Positions 31,967 through 41,673 of a DNA stretch of 64,000 bases are shown here, in pieces; positions within the stretch are counted from its first letter, which is position 1, and the number at the start of each line of letters is the position of its first letter. A model generated the notes under the pieces. The model was not told the origin of the DNA, searched no databases, and was given only the letters and a program-made list of their open reading frames with translations. The position numbers and the translations under genes are program-made. The stretch comes from an uncultured delta proteobacterium (GTDB lineage Bacteria > Myxococcota > Myxococcia > Myxococcales > Anaeromyxobacteraceae). The stretch spans positions 32,001-96,000 of the forward strand of contig CAWJSR010000029.1 in NCBI GenBank assembly GCA_963845515.1. The letters run 5' to 3'.

Positions 31967-32578
31967 TCACCGCCGCGCCGCCCCCTCCGTCTCGGCCAGC
32001 GCCGCCAGCACCTCGTAAGGCTGGCAGCCGACGACTCCGTGGCGCCCCATGATGAAGGTCGGGATGCCCGTGACTCCAACGCGCCTGGCCTCGTCACCCA
32101 TCGCATCCACGCGGCCTCGGTAGACTGGATCGCGGATCGCCGCCAGCGCTTCCGCCGGATCGAGCCCCGCTTCGCGCGCGCAGTCGGCCAGGACCGCGTC
32201 GTCCTCGATGTCGCGCCCGCCGCGCCAGTACGCCTCCATGACCGCGTGCCGGAGCGGATGGAGCCTGTCCCGGTCGCGCGCGAACTCCGCAACCGCCAGC
32301 GCCTTGCGGGTGTTCGGGATCGCCTGGCGCTGGGCGAGGCCACTCACCCCGAAGCTGGCGGCGAAGGTGACGAGCCGGGCTTCCATCGCCTGCGCGCGCT
32401 GGGCGCCGAAGTAGTCAGCCAAGCTGCGCCCACCCGGCGGGGTCTCCGGATGCAACTCGAAACCCCGCCAGTCGAGCTCGACGTCGTACTCCTCCTGCAA
32501 CCTGACCAGGCTGCTTGCCTCGGCGACGAAGCAGAAGGGTCAGACGAAGTCGGAGTAGAGGGTGATCCGCTGCTTCAT
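31967..32578 (-). CDS. DsbA/FrnE-family oxidoreductase with in-frame TGA at codon 13 (putative selenocysteine, UPFC)
   Basis: MKQRITLYSDFV-TGA-PFCFVAE is in frame with the 177-aa ORF carrying FELHPETP, GVTGIPTF and GCQPYE. Confidence 0.85.
32497..32514 (-). promoter_or_regulatory. Putative bacterial SECIS upper stem-loop
   Basis: mRNA GCAGCCU-GGUC-AGGUUGC; the G-initiated apical loop begins 32 nt after the UGA. Confidence 0.7.
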
Positions 32579-32623
32579 CCGGCTCACATAGCGCCGCCCC
32601 GTGCCTGCTGCCCACGGTATTCA

Positions 32624-33181
32624 TTACCGCGGAGCCTCCGCGCCTCCCGACGCGGCGCGCTCGCTGGCCTGCGCCTCGAGCTTCCTCAGCAGCGCCCGCG
32701 AGAACGGCTCGAGGTCGGCCGGCTTGCGCGACGTGACGAGGTTTCCGTCCTCGACCACCTCCTGGTCCACCCAGCGCGCCCCTGCCCCGGCGAGCTCGTC
32801 CTCGATGGCCGGCCAGGAGGTGAGAGTGAGGCCTCGCGCGACGCCCGCGGCGGCGAGCAGGAGCGGCCCATGGCAGACCGCGGCGACCGGCTTCCCGCTC
32901 AGGAAGAAGGCGCGCGTGAAGGCGAGCACCCTGGCGTTGGTCCGCAGCCGCTCCGGAGAGCGGCCGCCTGGGATGACCAGCGCGTCGAACTCCTCTGGGG
33001 AGACGTCGCCGATGGCGACGTCGGCCGTCACGGTCTCCTCTCCGCGCTTGCCGGTGAGCCGCTTGCCCGCCTCCACGCCGACGATCACTGGCTGGTGACC
33101 GGCCTGCCGCAGCCGCTCGTACGGGACCCGGAGCTCCGAATCCTCGAACATCGCCTCGAGCAGGATCGCGACGCGAGCCAT
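32624..33181 (-). CDS. PfpI/DJ-1 family protein
   Basis: FEDSE, DALVIPGG, AVCHGP and TSRKPADL. Confidence 0.92.
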   Translation of the reverse strand: MARVAILLEAMFEDSELRVPYERLRQAGHQPVIVGVEAGKRLTGKRGEETVTADVAIGDVSPEEFDALVIPGGRSPERLRTNARVLAFTRAFFLSGKPVAAVCHGPLLLAAAGVARGLTLTSWPAIEDELAGAGARWVDQEVVEDGNLVTSRKPADLEPFSRALLRKLEAQASERAASGGAEAPR

Positions 33182-33363
33182 GGCGCCCTCCGACCTCCGC
33201 TTCACCAGACCAGGGTGAGATGGAGCGCAGGGGGTTCAGGTGCCACGTCCGATCGGGGCGCCGCGCTGGCGGGAGGGCGGCACCGACGATACGCTCCGTC
33301 ACGGGCGGCGGTGCGCTCGTGGCTCGCACACCGGAGGCCGGAGGCCGGAGAGGCGGCAGAGAC

Positions 33364-33897
33364 ATGCGGCGTGGAGTCGCGCTGGTCGGATCCCTGGTGT
33401 TTCTGCTGCTCGCACCGGCAACGGTGGCCGGGCTGCTCCCATGGTGGATCTCCGGATGGCGGCTCCAGCCTCCGTTCCTGGGCGTCGTGCCGCTCCGGGT
33501 CGTCGGCGCCGCGCTGATCGCCGGCGGCGCAGCGGCAGTCCTCGACTCCTTCGCCCGGTTCGCGCTGCGAGGGCTCGGCACGCCCGCGCCCCTGCTCCCA
33601 CCGCGCCACCTCGTCGTGACCGGGCTGTACCGGCACGTGCGCAACCCGATGTACGTCGCGCTGGTGTCGGCGATCCTCGGGCAGGCGCTCCTGCTCGGCG
33701 AGGTGAGGCTGATGGCGTACGGGCTCCTCGTCTGGACCGCGTTCCACCTCTTCGTCGTCGGCTACGAGGAGCCCACGCTGCTGAGGACGTTCGGCGACGA
33801 GTACGAGGCGTTCCGGGCGAACGTGCCGCGGTGGATCCCGAGGGCGCGGGGGTGGAGGCTGACGCCGGCCGACGGCGGATCGCCGGAAGGCCCCTGA
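33364..33897 (+). CDS. Isoprenylcysteine/phospholipid methyltransferase-family membrane protein
   Basis: GTPAP, GLYRHVRNPMY, EEPTL..FG.EY and VPRW. Confidence 0.87.
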   Translation: MRRGVALVGSLVFLLLAPATVAGLLPWWISGWRLQPPFLGVVPLRVVGAALIAGGAAAVLDSFARFALRGLGTPAPLLPPRHLVVTGLYRHVRNPMYVALVSAILGQALLLGEVRLMAYGLLVWTAFHLFVVGYEEPTLLRTFGDEYEAFRANVPRWIPRARGWRLTPADGGSPEGP

Positions 33898-33990
33898 GCG
33901 GGCCCTGGCGGTCGCCGCGCGGGAGACGGGGGAGTCCACCGCCGCGCCGCGCCTTCCGCCTCGGCGAGCGCCGCGAACACGCTGAAGAGC

Positions 33991-34590
33991 CTATCGCGCC
34001 GTTCTGGCCTCCTGAGCGAACTCGGTTGCGGCCGCAAGTAGGTCGTTGAAAACGGGGAGCGAGAACACACTCCTCGTGCGGTGCTGTCGCTTCAGCTCCG
34101 TCGCGACCTTCCAGAGCGCGTCTGCGGACTTCTCGATGAGCCACCGGGGGGTAGCCGGGCTAGTTCCGACACAGCTCATGAGCGCCGAGACGACGCCCGA
34201 CACGGACCCGCCGTGTACCAGCGGATCGTACCCGTTCACGTCGCTCAGCGTCTTCTGCAGCCGGTAACTCTTGCGTTCGAGGACGAAGAACTTGTGCCGG
34301 CGGTCGTCGACATGCTTCACGGCAACCGCAAGCCCCAGCTCGAACGGCATGTTGAAGCGGGGTGGATAGCCGCGGACGCGGCTGAGATCGTGTATGGAGA
34401 CGCGGCAGCCGCGGATGATCTGGAAGAGGCGCGCCAACCTGTCGGTGCTAGCAGGCAACTCCAGGACGCACCGGGGCCGCCGCCCCAGCATGCAGAGCCC
34501 GGCGACGAGCGCCACGAACAGCCTTTCGTACTGACCGTCAAAGGGAACGTTCAGGAAGACGGACTCGGCCGACGACGGGCGGGCGTGCAC
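33991..34590 (-). CDS. Hypothetical protein with TIR/nucleoside 2-deoxyribosyltransferase-like pattern
   Basis: VFLNVPFD, SIHDLSR, PRFNMPFELGL and LSDVNG, resembling the NxxxELG helix of TIR/NDT folds. Confidence 0.65.
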   Translation of the reverse strand: MHARPSSAESVFLNVPFDGQYERLFVALVAGLCMLGRRPRCVLELPASTDRLARLFQIIRGCRVSIHDLSRVRGYPPRFNMPFELGLAVAVKHVDDRRHKFFVLERKSYRLQKTLSDVNGYDPLVHGGSVSGVVSALMSCVGTSPATPRWLIEKSADALWKVATELKRQHRTRSVFSLPVFNDLLAAATEFAQEARTAR

Positions 34591-34598
34591 CGGAAGAA

Positions 34599-34832
34599 CT
34601 AGCGGCCGATCGGGCGAGGGGGCGAGATGCTGCGGGCAGCGGATGTGATCTTGGCTGCGCGTCTTCCGGTCTTCGACTTCGCCACGCGCAGGAACACTCC
34701 GTCCAACCCGAGCTTCGTGATGACGCGCTTTGCGTTTGCGACACTCGCGGGCGTGATGTTGGCGGCTCGCCGAATCTCTCCCGGCGTGGCACCCCGCACG
34801 ACATCCTTCGTGGGTCGGCGCAAGGTCTTCAC
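34599..34832 (-). CDS. Small basic hypothetical protein (77 aa)
   Basis: Fills the gap between metG and the TIR/NDT-like gene (8-bp spacing); GTG start directly after a promoter-like sequence. Confidence 0.5.
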   Translation of the reverse strand: MKTLRRPTKDVVRGATPGEIRRAANITPASVANAKRVITKLGLDGVFLRVAKSKTGRRAAKITSAARSISPPRPIGR

Positions 34833-34838
34833 GTAGTG

Positions 34839-34867
34839 ATCCTAACGCTGCCCCAGTGCTCCCGCAA
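34839..34867 (-). promoter_or_regulatory. Sigma70-like promoter, probably giving a leaderless transcript
   Basis: TTGCGG-17 nt-TAGGAT, then 6 nt to GTG at 34832. Confidence 0.5.
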
Positions 34868-34885
34868 GCGGGGGGTGAGGCAAGG

Positions 34886-36967
34886 TCACTTCACCCGCGT
34901 CCCCGGCGCGATCCCGTCACCCACCGTCACCAGCTGGAGATTCGGCGCCTCGCCCGCGGCGAGGAGCATGCCGTGCGACTCGATCCCGCGGAGCGGCTTC
35001 GGGGCCAGGTTGGCCACGACCACGATCCGCTGGCCGACGAGCGGCGCCGGATCCGGATAGGAGAGCGCGATCCCCGCCACGATGGTGCGCGGCGACGGCT
35101 CCCCGACGTCGACCTCCAGCTTCAGGAGCTTGTCGGCCTTCTCGATCCGCTCGGCCTTGAGGATCTGCGCGACCTTCAGCTCTACCCTGGCGAAGTCGTC
35201 GTACTGGATGACGCCGGGGACGGGCGGTGGCGCGCCCCTGGTGCTCGCCCTGGTCGCCGTCTCGGCGGGGCTCGCGGACTTCGCGACCTTCGCCGGGGCC
35301 TCCTGCGGGGCCACGACGAGCCCGGCGACCTGCTTCGGCTCCAGGGGCTGGATCTGGGGCGGCTTGGCGGTGAACTTCACCGGACTCCCGTCGAAGGGGG
35401 TGAAGCCCTCCGGCCACTGGAGGGAGAGGCCGCCGAGAGAGTCCGCGAGGCCGCTGGCGAAGCGCGGCGTCACGGGGGCGAGCATGACCGCGAGCGCGTG
35501 GAGCGCCTTGCCCAGGTCGTGGAGCAGCGCGCGCGACGGCGCGCCATCCAGCGACTCCCAGGGCTTCTGGTCCTGGAGCACCTTGTTGCAGACGTCGGCC
35601 AGGTCGTTCACCGCCCGCAGCGCGGCCCGGAACTCGAGGTCGAGGAAGCCCTTCCTCGCGGCGCGCAGCGCGTCCGCCACGACCTTGCGATCGAAGACCG
35701 TGACCGGGCCGCTCTCCGGGAGCCCGTCGGGTGCCCCCTTCGCCACCAGCGCGTGGACGCGCGAGGCGAGGTTGGCGATCCGCTTCTGGAGATCCGCGTT
35801 CACCCGGCTGCGGAACTCCTCCAGCGACAGGTCCAGGTCGGAGACGCCCGGCCCGAGGTTGGCGGCGTAGAAGTAGCGGAGCAGCTCGGGATCCAGCCCG
35901 GTGTCGAGGTAGGTCTTCGCGGTGATGAAGGTCCCGCGCGACTTGGACATCTTCTCGCCGTTCACCGTGAGGTGGCCGTGGACCGCCATCCGGTCGGGCC
36001 GCTTCACGCCGGTCGACCAGAGCATCGCCGGCCAGAAGACCGCGTGGAACCGGAGGATGTCCTTCCCGATGAAGTGCTCGAGCCGTGCGGGCGCCCCCTC
36101 CGCCAGGTAGCCCTTCTCGAAGGCGGCCGCGTCGAGCCGGCGCTCCGCCGGGGCCTCCTCGGCGAAGTAGTGCTCGGCCGACGAGAGGTAGCCGATCGGC
36201 GCGTCGACCCAGACGTAGAGGAACTTCCCGGGGAACTCCGGATCCTTCACGGGGAAGCCGAAGTACGGCGCGTCGCGCGTGATGCACCAGTCCTGGAGGT
36301 CGGCGAGCCAGCCCTTCACCTGCTCGCGGACGGCCGGCTCCAGGTGCCCCTCCGCCTCCACCCACTCGCGGATGATCGGCGACACCTTCTTCAGGTCCAC
36401 GTAGGCGTGATCCGACGAGCGGACGACTGGCGCGGAGCCGCAGATGGCGCACGCCGGCGACTTCAGCTCGCGCGGATCGTAGGTCGTCCCGCAGCTCTCG
36501 CAGACGTCGCCGTACTGGTCGGGCGTCCCGCACTTGGGGCAGGTCCCCTTCACGTACCGGTCCGGGAGGAAGCGCTGGTCCTTCTCGCAGAAGAGCTGCT
36601 CGACCGACTTCTTGTAGATGAGCCCCTTCGCCTTGAGCGCGTCGTAGATCCGGTAGGCCCACTTCGCGTTCTCGTCCGAGTCGGTCGTGTAGTACGTCGA
36701 GAACTGGACGCCGAACCGCTTGAAGTCCTCGTGCTGCTCGACGCGGTACTTCTCGACGAAGGCCTTCGGCGACATCCCCGCCCTGGTCGCGTTCACCTCG
36801 ATCGGCGTGCCGTGCGAGTCGGCCGCGCAGACGTAGGTGACGTCGTCGCCACACGCGCGGCGGAACCGGACGTAGACGTCGGTCTGGATGTACTCGACCA
36901 GGTGGCCGAGGTGGATCGAGCCGTTGGCGTACGGCAGCGCGCTGGTGACGAGGACTCTCTGGCTCAA
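34886..36967 (-). CDS. metG: Methionine--tRNA ligase with C-terminal tRNA-binding domain
   Basis: HLGH, zinc knuckles, GKDI and KMSKS. Confidence 0.97.
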   Translation of the reverse strand: MSQRVLVTSALPYANGSIHLGHLVEYIQTDVYVRFRRACGDDVTYVCAADSHGTPIEVNATRAGMSPKAFVEKYRVEQHEDFKRFGVQFSTYYTTDSDENAKWAYRIYDALKAKGLIYKKSVEQLFCEKDQRFLPDRYVKGTCPKCGTPDQYGDVCESCGTTYDPRELKSPACAICGSAPVVRSSDHAYVDLKKVSPIIREWVEAEGHLEPAVREQVKGWLADLQDWCITRDAPYFGFPVKDPEFPGKFLYVWVDAPIGYLSSAEHYFAEEAPAERRLDAAAFEKGYLAEGAPARLEHFIGKDILRFHAVFWPAMLWSTGVKRPDRMAVHGHLTVNGEKMSKSRGTFITAKTYLDTGLDPELLRYFYAANLGPGVSDLDLSLEEFRSRVNADLQKRIANLASRVHALVAKGAPDGLPESGPVTVFDRKVVADALRAARKGFLDLEFRAALRAVNDLADVCNKVLQDQKPWESLDGAPSRALLHDLGKALHALAVMLAPVTPRFASGLADSLGGLSLQWPEGFTPFDGSPVKFTAKPPQIQPLEPKQVAGLVVAPQEAPAKVAKSASPAETATRASTRGAPPPVPGVIQYDDFARVELKVAQILKAERIEKADKLLKLEVDVGEPSPRTIVAGIALSYPDPAPLVGQRIVVVANLAPKPLRGIESHGMLLAAGEAPNLQLVTVGDGIAPGTRVK

Positions 36968-38376
36968 GGGTTGCTCCTTCCGCGTGTCTCTGGCGCGAGC
37001 AGCGCGACGAGGACGCGCTCGAGGCGCATCCGCCCGTCCTGCCCGCTCTTGATGGCGACGTCGGCGTCGGCGAGGCCGGCGATGGCCTCGAGCAGCTCGG
37101 CGAGGTCGAACCGGGTCGACGCCTGGTACTTCATCCAGAAGCCGTACGGCTTCTTCCTGCCGATCTCCTCCTCGGGGATCGTGGGGAAGACGATCGACTC
37201 CCAGTCGCGGGAGGAGGCGATCCGGCGACCGCCGGACGCCTTCCGCGCGCGCTCCTTCTCCACGACGAGCCGCCGAAGCGTCCCGGCGAGGGTCGCGAGG
37301 AGCATCAGGGGGTGGCCACCGTCGGCGATCGATCGGTCCACGACGCCGAGCGCCTCGGAGAGGTCGCGCGACTCCACGGCATTTCCGAGCGCGAAGAACG
37401 GGTCCGAGGCGACCCGCGTGACCACCGCGTCGACGTCGGCGGGGCCGATCGTGCTGCGGTCGCCGACGTAGGAGACCAGCTTCTGCAGCTCGGTGGCGAG
37501 CGCGCGCGCGTCGGCGTCGACCAGCTCTCGGAGCCGCTCCACCGCTGCCGGCTCGGCCCGCTTGCCGGTGCCGGCGAGGAGCGTCGCCACAGCAGGCCCG
37601 AGGAGCGGCTTCGCCTCGAAGTTCGGCTCACGCTCTATGACCGTCTTCACCCGCCGCCCGGCCTCGGCGAGCTTCTTCGCGAGCGGCAGCTTGATGTCGA
37701 TCTTGCCTGCGGCGACGACCAGCACGTGCCCCGGCGGCAGGCCGGCGGCGAGCAGGTCGTCCAGCGCGCCGGTGTCGTCCTTCGGCGGCTTCATCTCCCG
37801 CTCGATCGCGAACGCCGCGGCCGCCTCGACGAAGGCGAGCCCCGCCTCGTCCAGGGCGAAGCCGAACTCCCTCTTGAACTTCTTCGCGAGCGCCGCCCTG
37901 GCCTTCGCCGGATCCTCGCCCGCCTGGGGCTGGAGATCGACCGCGCCGAGCCCTGCCTTCCCAGCCAGGGCGAGGAGCCTGCGCGCCGCCTCGCGCTGGC
38001 GCCCCTCCCCCCACTGCTCGACGGCGCGGGCGAAGGACTCCTCGACGTCCTCCTTCGACGCGAGGAAGGCGGGCTCCTGGACCAGCACCACCTTGCCGCC
38101 GGTGGAGAAGAGGCCGCGGGTCCGCAGCTCGCCGGCCACCTCGCCGGGCGAGGCTGCGGCGTCGAGCTCCAGCAGGTTGAGCGAGCGCTGCCCCTCGGGG
38201 ACCAGGGCGTAGGCCAGCTCGCGGGCCGCGCGGAGCGCAAGGAAGGCGTCGCCATCGAAGAGGTAGACGGGCGCGGGCTTCCCAGCGCGCGCCTCAGCCA
38301 GGCAGTCCTCCAGCGAGGCGCCAGCGGCTGCGGGCGCCGGCCGACCGCGGCCGTACGGTGCCTTACCCGCGGCCAT
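36964..38376 (-). CDS. holA: DNA polymerase III delta subunit, with an insertion
   Basis: PVYLFDGD, ELQKLVSYVG and ADVAIKSG; adjacent to holB. Confidence 0.8.
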   Translation of the reverse strand: MAAGKAPYGRGRPAPAAAGASLEDCLAEARAGKPAPVYLFDGDAFLALRAARELAYALVPEGQRSLNLLELDAAASPGEVAGELRTRGLFSTGGKVVLVQEPAFLASKEDVEESFARAVEQWGEGRQREAARRLLALAGKAGLGAVDLQPQAGEDPAKARAALAKKFKREFGFALDEAGLAFVEAAAAFAIEREMKPPKDDTGALDDLLAAGLPPGHVLVVAAGKIDIKLPLAKKLAEAGRRVKTVIEREPNFEAKPLLGPAVATLLAGTGKRAEPAAVERLRELVDADARALATELQKLVSYVGDRSTIGPADVDAVVTRVASDPFFALGNAVESRDLSEALGVVDRSIADGGHPLMLLATLAGTLRRLVVEKERARKASGGRRIASSRDWESIVFPTIPEEEIGRKKPYGFWMKYQASTRFDLAELLEAIAGLADADVAIKSGQDGRMRLERVLVALLAPETRGRSNP

Positions 38377-39409
38377 GGAACCACCCTATGAAGAGCCGCT
38401 CCAGCGCCAGGACCGGCTGCCCGTTCTGCCGGAGGCCGGCGAGCGTCCGGAGGACCTCGTCGCGGCGCCGCAGCGTCTCGCCCGGCCCGATGGCGGAGGC
38501 GATCCGGCGCGTCGCGCCGCCGAGATCCACCAGCGCCAGCGCGTCCCCGCCAGCCTGCGCCACGGCCACGTCGCGCAGCCAGACGAGGAGCAGCTCGCAG
38601 AGCGCCTCGGCCTCCTCGCGCTTCTCCCCCTCGGCGCGCGCCAGCGCCAGCCACCCCATCGGATCGTCGGGCGCGAGTGCCGCCACCCCCTCCACCGCAG
38701 TCCGCCGCTCCCCCAGCTCGTCGTCGTCGAGCGCGAGCGCCCGCCCCAGCGAGCCGCCGGAGACTGCCGCGGCGAGCCTGGCGCGGTCGGGCGCGTGCCC
38801 CTCGATCACCAGCCGCTCGGCGATGGTCCCGGCGGGGATCGGTCCGAAGGGGACGCGCAGGCAGCGCGACCGGATCGTCGGCAGCAGCGAGTCCGGGCTC
38901 GACGCGACCAGCACGAGCGTAGTGTCCGCGGGCGGCTCCTCCAGCGTCTTGAGGAGCGCGTTCTGCGCCTGGGCGTTCATCGCGTCGGCCGGGTCGATGA
39001 TGACGAACCGGCGGCGTCCCTCGTATCGGCGCAGCGCGAGCCCGTGATCCACCAGGTCGCGCACCTGATCGACCACGATGTCGCGGGACGGCGTGCGCCC
39101 GGACTTCGCCTCCCAGCGCCCCGCCTTCACCATCGCCCGCTCCTCCGCGAGCACGGTGACGTCGGGGTGGATCCCCTTCTCGATCTTGTGGCACGGGCCG
39201 CACCCGCCGCAGGGATCCTCCCGGTAGCCGTGCGGTCCGGGGGAGCCGGCCTCGCAGTTGGCTGCCTGCGCCAGGATCCGCGCTGCGCGCGCCTTCCCGA
39301 CCCCTTCCGGCCCGCCGAAGAGGTAGGCGTGGTGGAGCGTACCCCGCCGCAGCGCGGCGCGAAGTGACGAGATGGCGCGCTCCTGCGCGATGACCTCGGA
39401 GAAGGGCAT
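38363..39409 (-). CDS. holB: DNA polymerase III delta' subunit
   Basis: HAYLFGGPEGVGK, CGGCGPC, AQNALLKTLEEP and LPTIRSRC. Confidence 0.93.
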   Translation of the reverse strand: MPFSEVIAQERAISSLRAALRRGTLHHAYLFGGPEGVGKARAARILAQAANCEAGSPGPHGYREDPCGGCGPCHKIEKGIHPDVTVLAEERAMVKAGRWEAKSGRTPSRDIVVDQVRDLVDHGLALRRYEGRRRFVIIDPADAMNAQAQNALLKTLEEPPADTTLVLVASSPDSLLPTIRSRCLRVPFGPIPAGTIAERLVIEGHAPDRARLAAAVSGGSLGRALALDDDELGERRTAVEGVAALAPDDPMGWLALARAEGEKREEAEALCELLLVWLRDVAVAQAGGDALALVDLGGATRRIASAIGPGETLRRRDEVLRTLAGLRQNGQPVLALERLFIGWFHGRG

Positions 39410-39468
39410 TGAACGGCGCGGAAGATAGCACGAGGTGCGCGGCGGGCGCCCCCTCGCGCTCAGGCGCG

Positions 39469-41421
39469 TCAGCCCACGAGGGCGCCGACCCGCTCCCGCA
39501 GGATCGCCGCGTCGAACGGCTTCTCGATTCGCGGGAGCGGCACGCGTTCGATGAACTCGCGGGCGCCTCCCGTGGAGTCCCCGCCCGTCAGCACGATCAT
39601 GCGCCGCGCCTGGTCGGGCGCCAGGCGCTCCAGGGCGGCGTGGAGCTCCCAGCCCTTCATCCCAGGCATCATGAGGTCGCACAGGATCGCGTCGAACCGC
39701 TCGCCCCGGCTGATCGCGTCGAGCGCGTCCTCGGCGCGGGTCCGCAGCTCCACGTCGTGCTCGCCGGCGAGCAGCCGCCGGACCGCGAGCCCGATCGCCG
39801 GCTCGTCATCGACGACCAGGATCCGCCCCCGACGCGTGGCCCGCGCAGCCGCCGCTCCGACCACGGGCGGATCGTCCACTCCCCCGGGCTGGGCCGCCGG
39901 GAGCACCACGCGCATCACCGTCCCAGCGCCACGCCCGGGCTCCACCGTGATCTCCCCCCCCATCCCCACCACGATGGTCCGGGAGATCGCGAGGCCGAGA
40001 CCGGTCCCGACCCCCCGCGGCTTCGTCGTGAAGAACGGGTCGAAGATCCGGCCGGCCAGCTCGGGGGAGATCCCGGCGCCAGTGTCCCGGACCTCCAGGA
40101 GCGCCCGTCCCGAGGCGTCGGTCCCGATCACGACGCGGATCTCGTTCTCACTGGCGCGCCCCTCCGGGATCGCGTGGGCCGCGTTCACGAGCAGGTTCAG
40201 GACCACCTGCCCGAGCCGCGCCTCGTCCCCCACGACCGCGGGCGCGTCGCGGTACTCCCGCTCCAGCCGCGCCCGGGGCTGAAGCTCGCTGGCGGCCATG
40301 CGGACTGCCGACTCCACGATCGGCTGCAGCTCCACCCGCGCGCGCCGCTCCTCACGGGTCCCGGAGAGCGCCCGCAGGTCCCGGACCACCTGGCGAACCC
40401 GGTGGGCCCCCTCGCGCGCCTCCGCGAGCGCCCGCGCTGCCTCCGCCTCGGCCACCACGCCGGTCGCCGCGCCGGCCGAGCGCTGTTCGTCGAGGAAGTC
40501 GAGCGCTGCCATCATGAAGGAGAGCGGGTTGTTGATCTCGTGCGCCACGCCGGCCGCGAGCATCCCGACCGACGCGAGCCGGTCGGTCAGCATGAGCTGC
40601 TCCTGCGCCAGCTTCTGGTCGCTGATGTCGAAGATCGTGCCGACGAGCTGGATCGGCACGTGAACGTCGCCGACCCTGGCAAGCCGCACGATGCCGCTCG
40701 CGGCGACCCATCGGACGGTGCCGTCGGGCCGGAGCCAGCGGTACTGGTCCTTGTACCGGCCGTCCCCGGCCGGATCGAGCCACCTCGCCGCCGCCTCGCG
40801 CACCTGCTCCCGATCGGCCGGGTGGACGTGCTCGAGGAAGGCCTCGAAGTCCCGGATCGGCTCGTCGCCGACTCCGAAGATCTCGCGGCAGCGGGGCGAC
40901 AGCTGCAGCGGCCCGTACGGCACCGCGTAGAACATCCCGAGCCCGGCGGCCTCCACCGCGAGGACGAGGCGATCTTCGCTCTCGCGCAGCGCCGCCTCCA
41001 TCGCCCGCCGCCCCGAAGCGTCGCGGACGACGCTGACCAGCACCCTGACGCCGCCGACGCTCGCGCCCGAGGCGCTCACCTCCACCGGGAAGGTGCTGCC
41101 GTCCTTGCGTCGATGGACGGTGTCGAACCGGAGCCCGCGGACGTCGGCCTCGGCCATCTGGTCGGCCGCGCCGGAGACGGTCTCCTGCGCTCGAAGGTCG
41201 CTCACGTGCAGCGCCCGAAGCTCCTCGCGCGTCCAGCCATAGGCCGCTTCGGCGGCGGCGTTGGCTTCGAGGATCCGCCCGTCCTCCCGCCGGATGAAGA
41301 GGACGATGTCGCGGGCGTGGTCGGCGAGCAGCAGGTAGAGGTCGGCAGGCTGCGGGCCCGCCGGCGACGCCGGAGCGCCATGCCCTCCGCTCGATCCCCC
41401 TGCAGCTCCGGAACCTGTCAC
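39469..41421 (-). CDS. Cytoplasmic PAS-PAS hybrid histidine kinase with C-terminal receiver (start uncertain)
   Basis: Two PAS domains (RKDGSTFPVEV, VHPADR), AHEINNPL, FDPFFTTK and CDLMMP. Confidence 0.9.
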   Translation of the reverse strand: MTGSGAAGGSSGGHGAPASPAGPQPADLYLLLADHARDIVLFIRREDGRILEANAAAEAAYGWTREELRALHVSDLRAQETVSGAADQMAEADVRGLRFDTVHRRKDGSTFPVEVSASGASVGGVRVLVSVVRDASGRRAMEAALRESEDRLVLAVEAAGLGMFYAVPYGPLQLSPRCREIFGVGDEPIRDFEAFLEHVHPADREQVREAAARWLDPAGDGRYKDQYRWLRPDGTVRWVAASGIVRLARVGDVHVPIQLVGTIFDISDQKLAQEQLMLTDRLASVGMLAAGVAHEINNPLSFMMAALDFLDEQRSAGAATGVVAEAEAARALAEAREGAHRVRQVVRDLRALSGTREERRARVELQPIVESAVRMAASELQPRARLEREYRDAPAVVGDEARLGQVVLNLLVNAAHAIPEGRASENEIRVVIGTDASGRALLEVRDTGAGISPELAGRIFDPFFTTKPRGVGTGLGLAISRTIVVGMGGEITVEPGRGAGTVMRVVLPAAQPGGVDDPPVVGAAAARATRRGRILVVDDEPAIGLAVRRLLAGEHDVELRTRAEDALDAISRGERFDAILCDLMMPGMKGWELHAALERLAPDQARRMIVLTGGDSTGGAREFIERVPLPRIEKPFDAAILRERVGALVG

Positions 41422-41673
41422 CACGGCCGCCCCCGCCGGGGCTGCCGCAGGCCCCGGCCTTCGATTCTCCCGTCGGCGGCCCACCGAGGCAACCGCGTGG
41501 CGCCCGCGCAGCGCTTCCTCGATGGGGCGGGAGCCGCGCGCAACTCTGTTCCTCCCTGGAACAGTCATTTCCTCGGTGAGCGATTGTTTTCCCCTGAAGG
41601 GCCCTGCTAGAAGGGCCCCGCGTCGGCGGCCAGACCATTGGCGAGCCAGCCGACATCGGAGGGTGACCACGTG

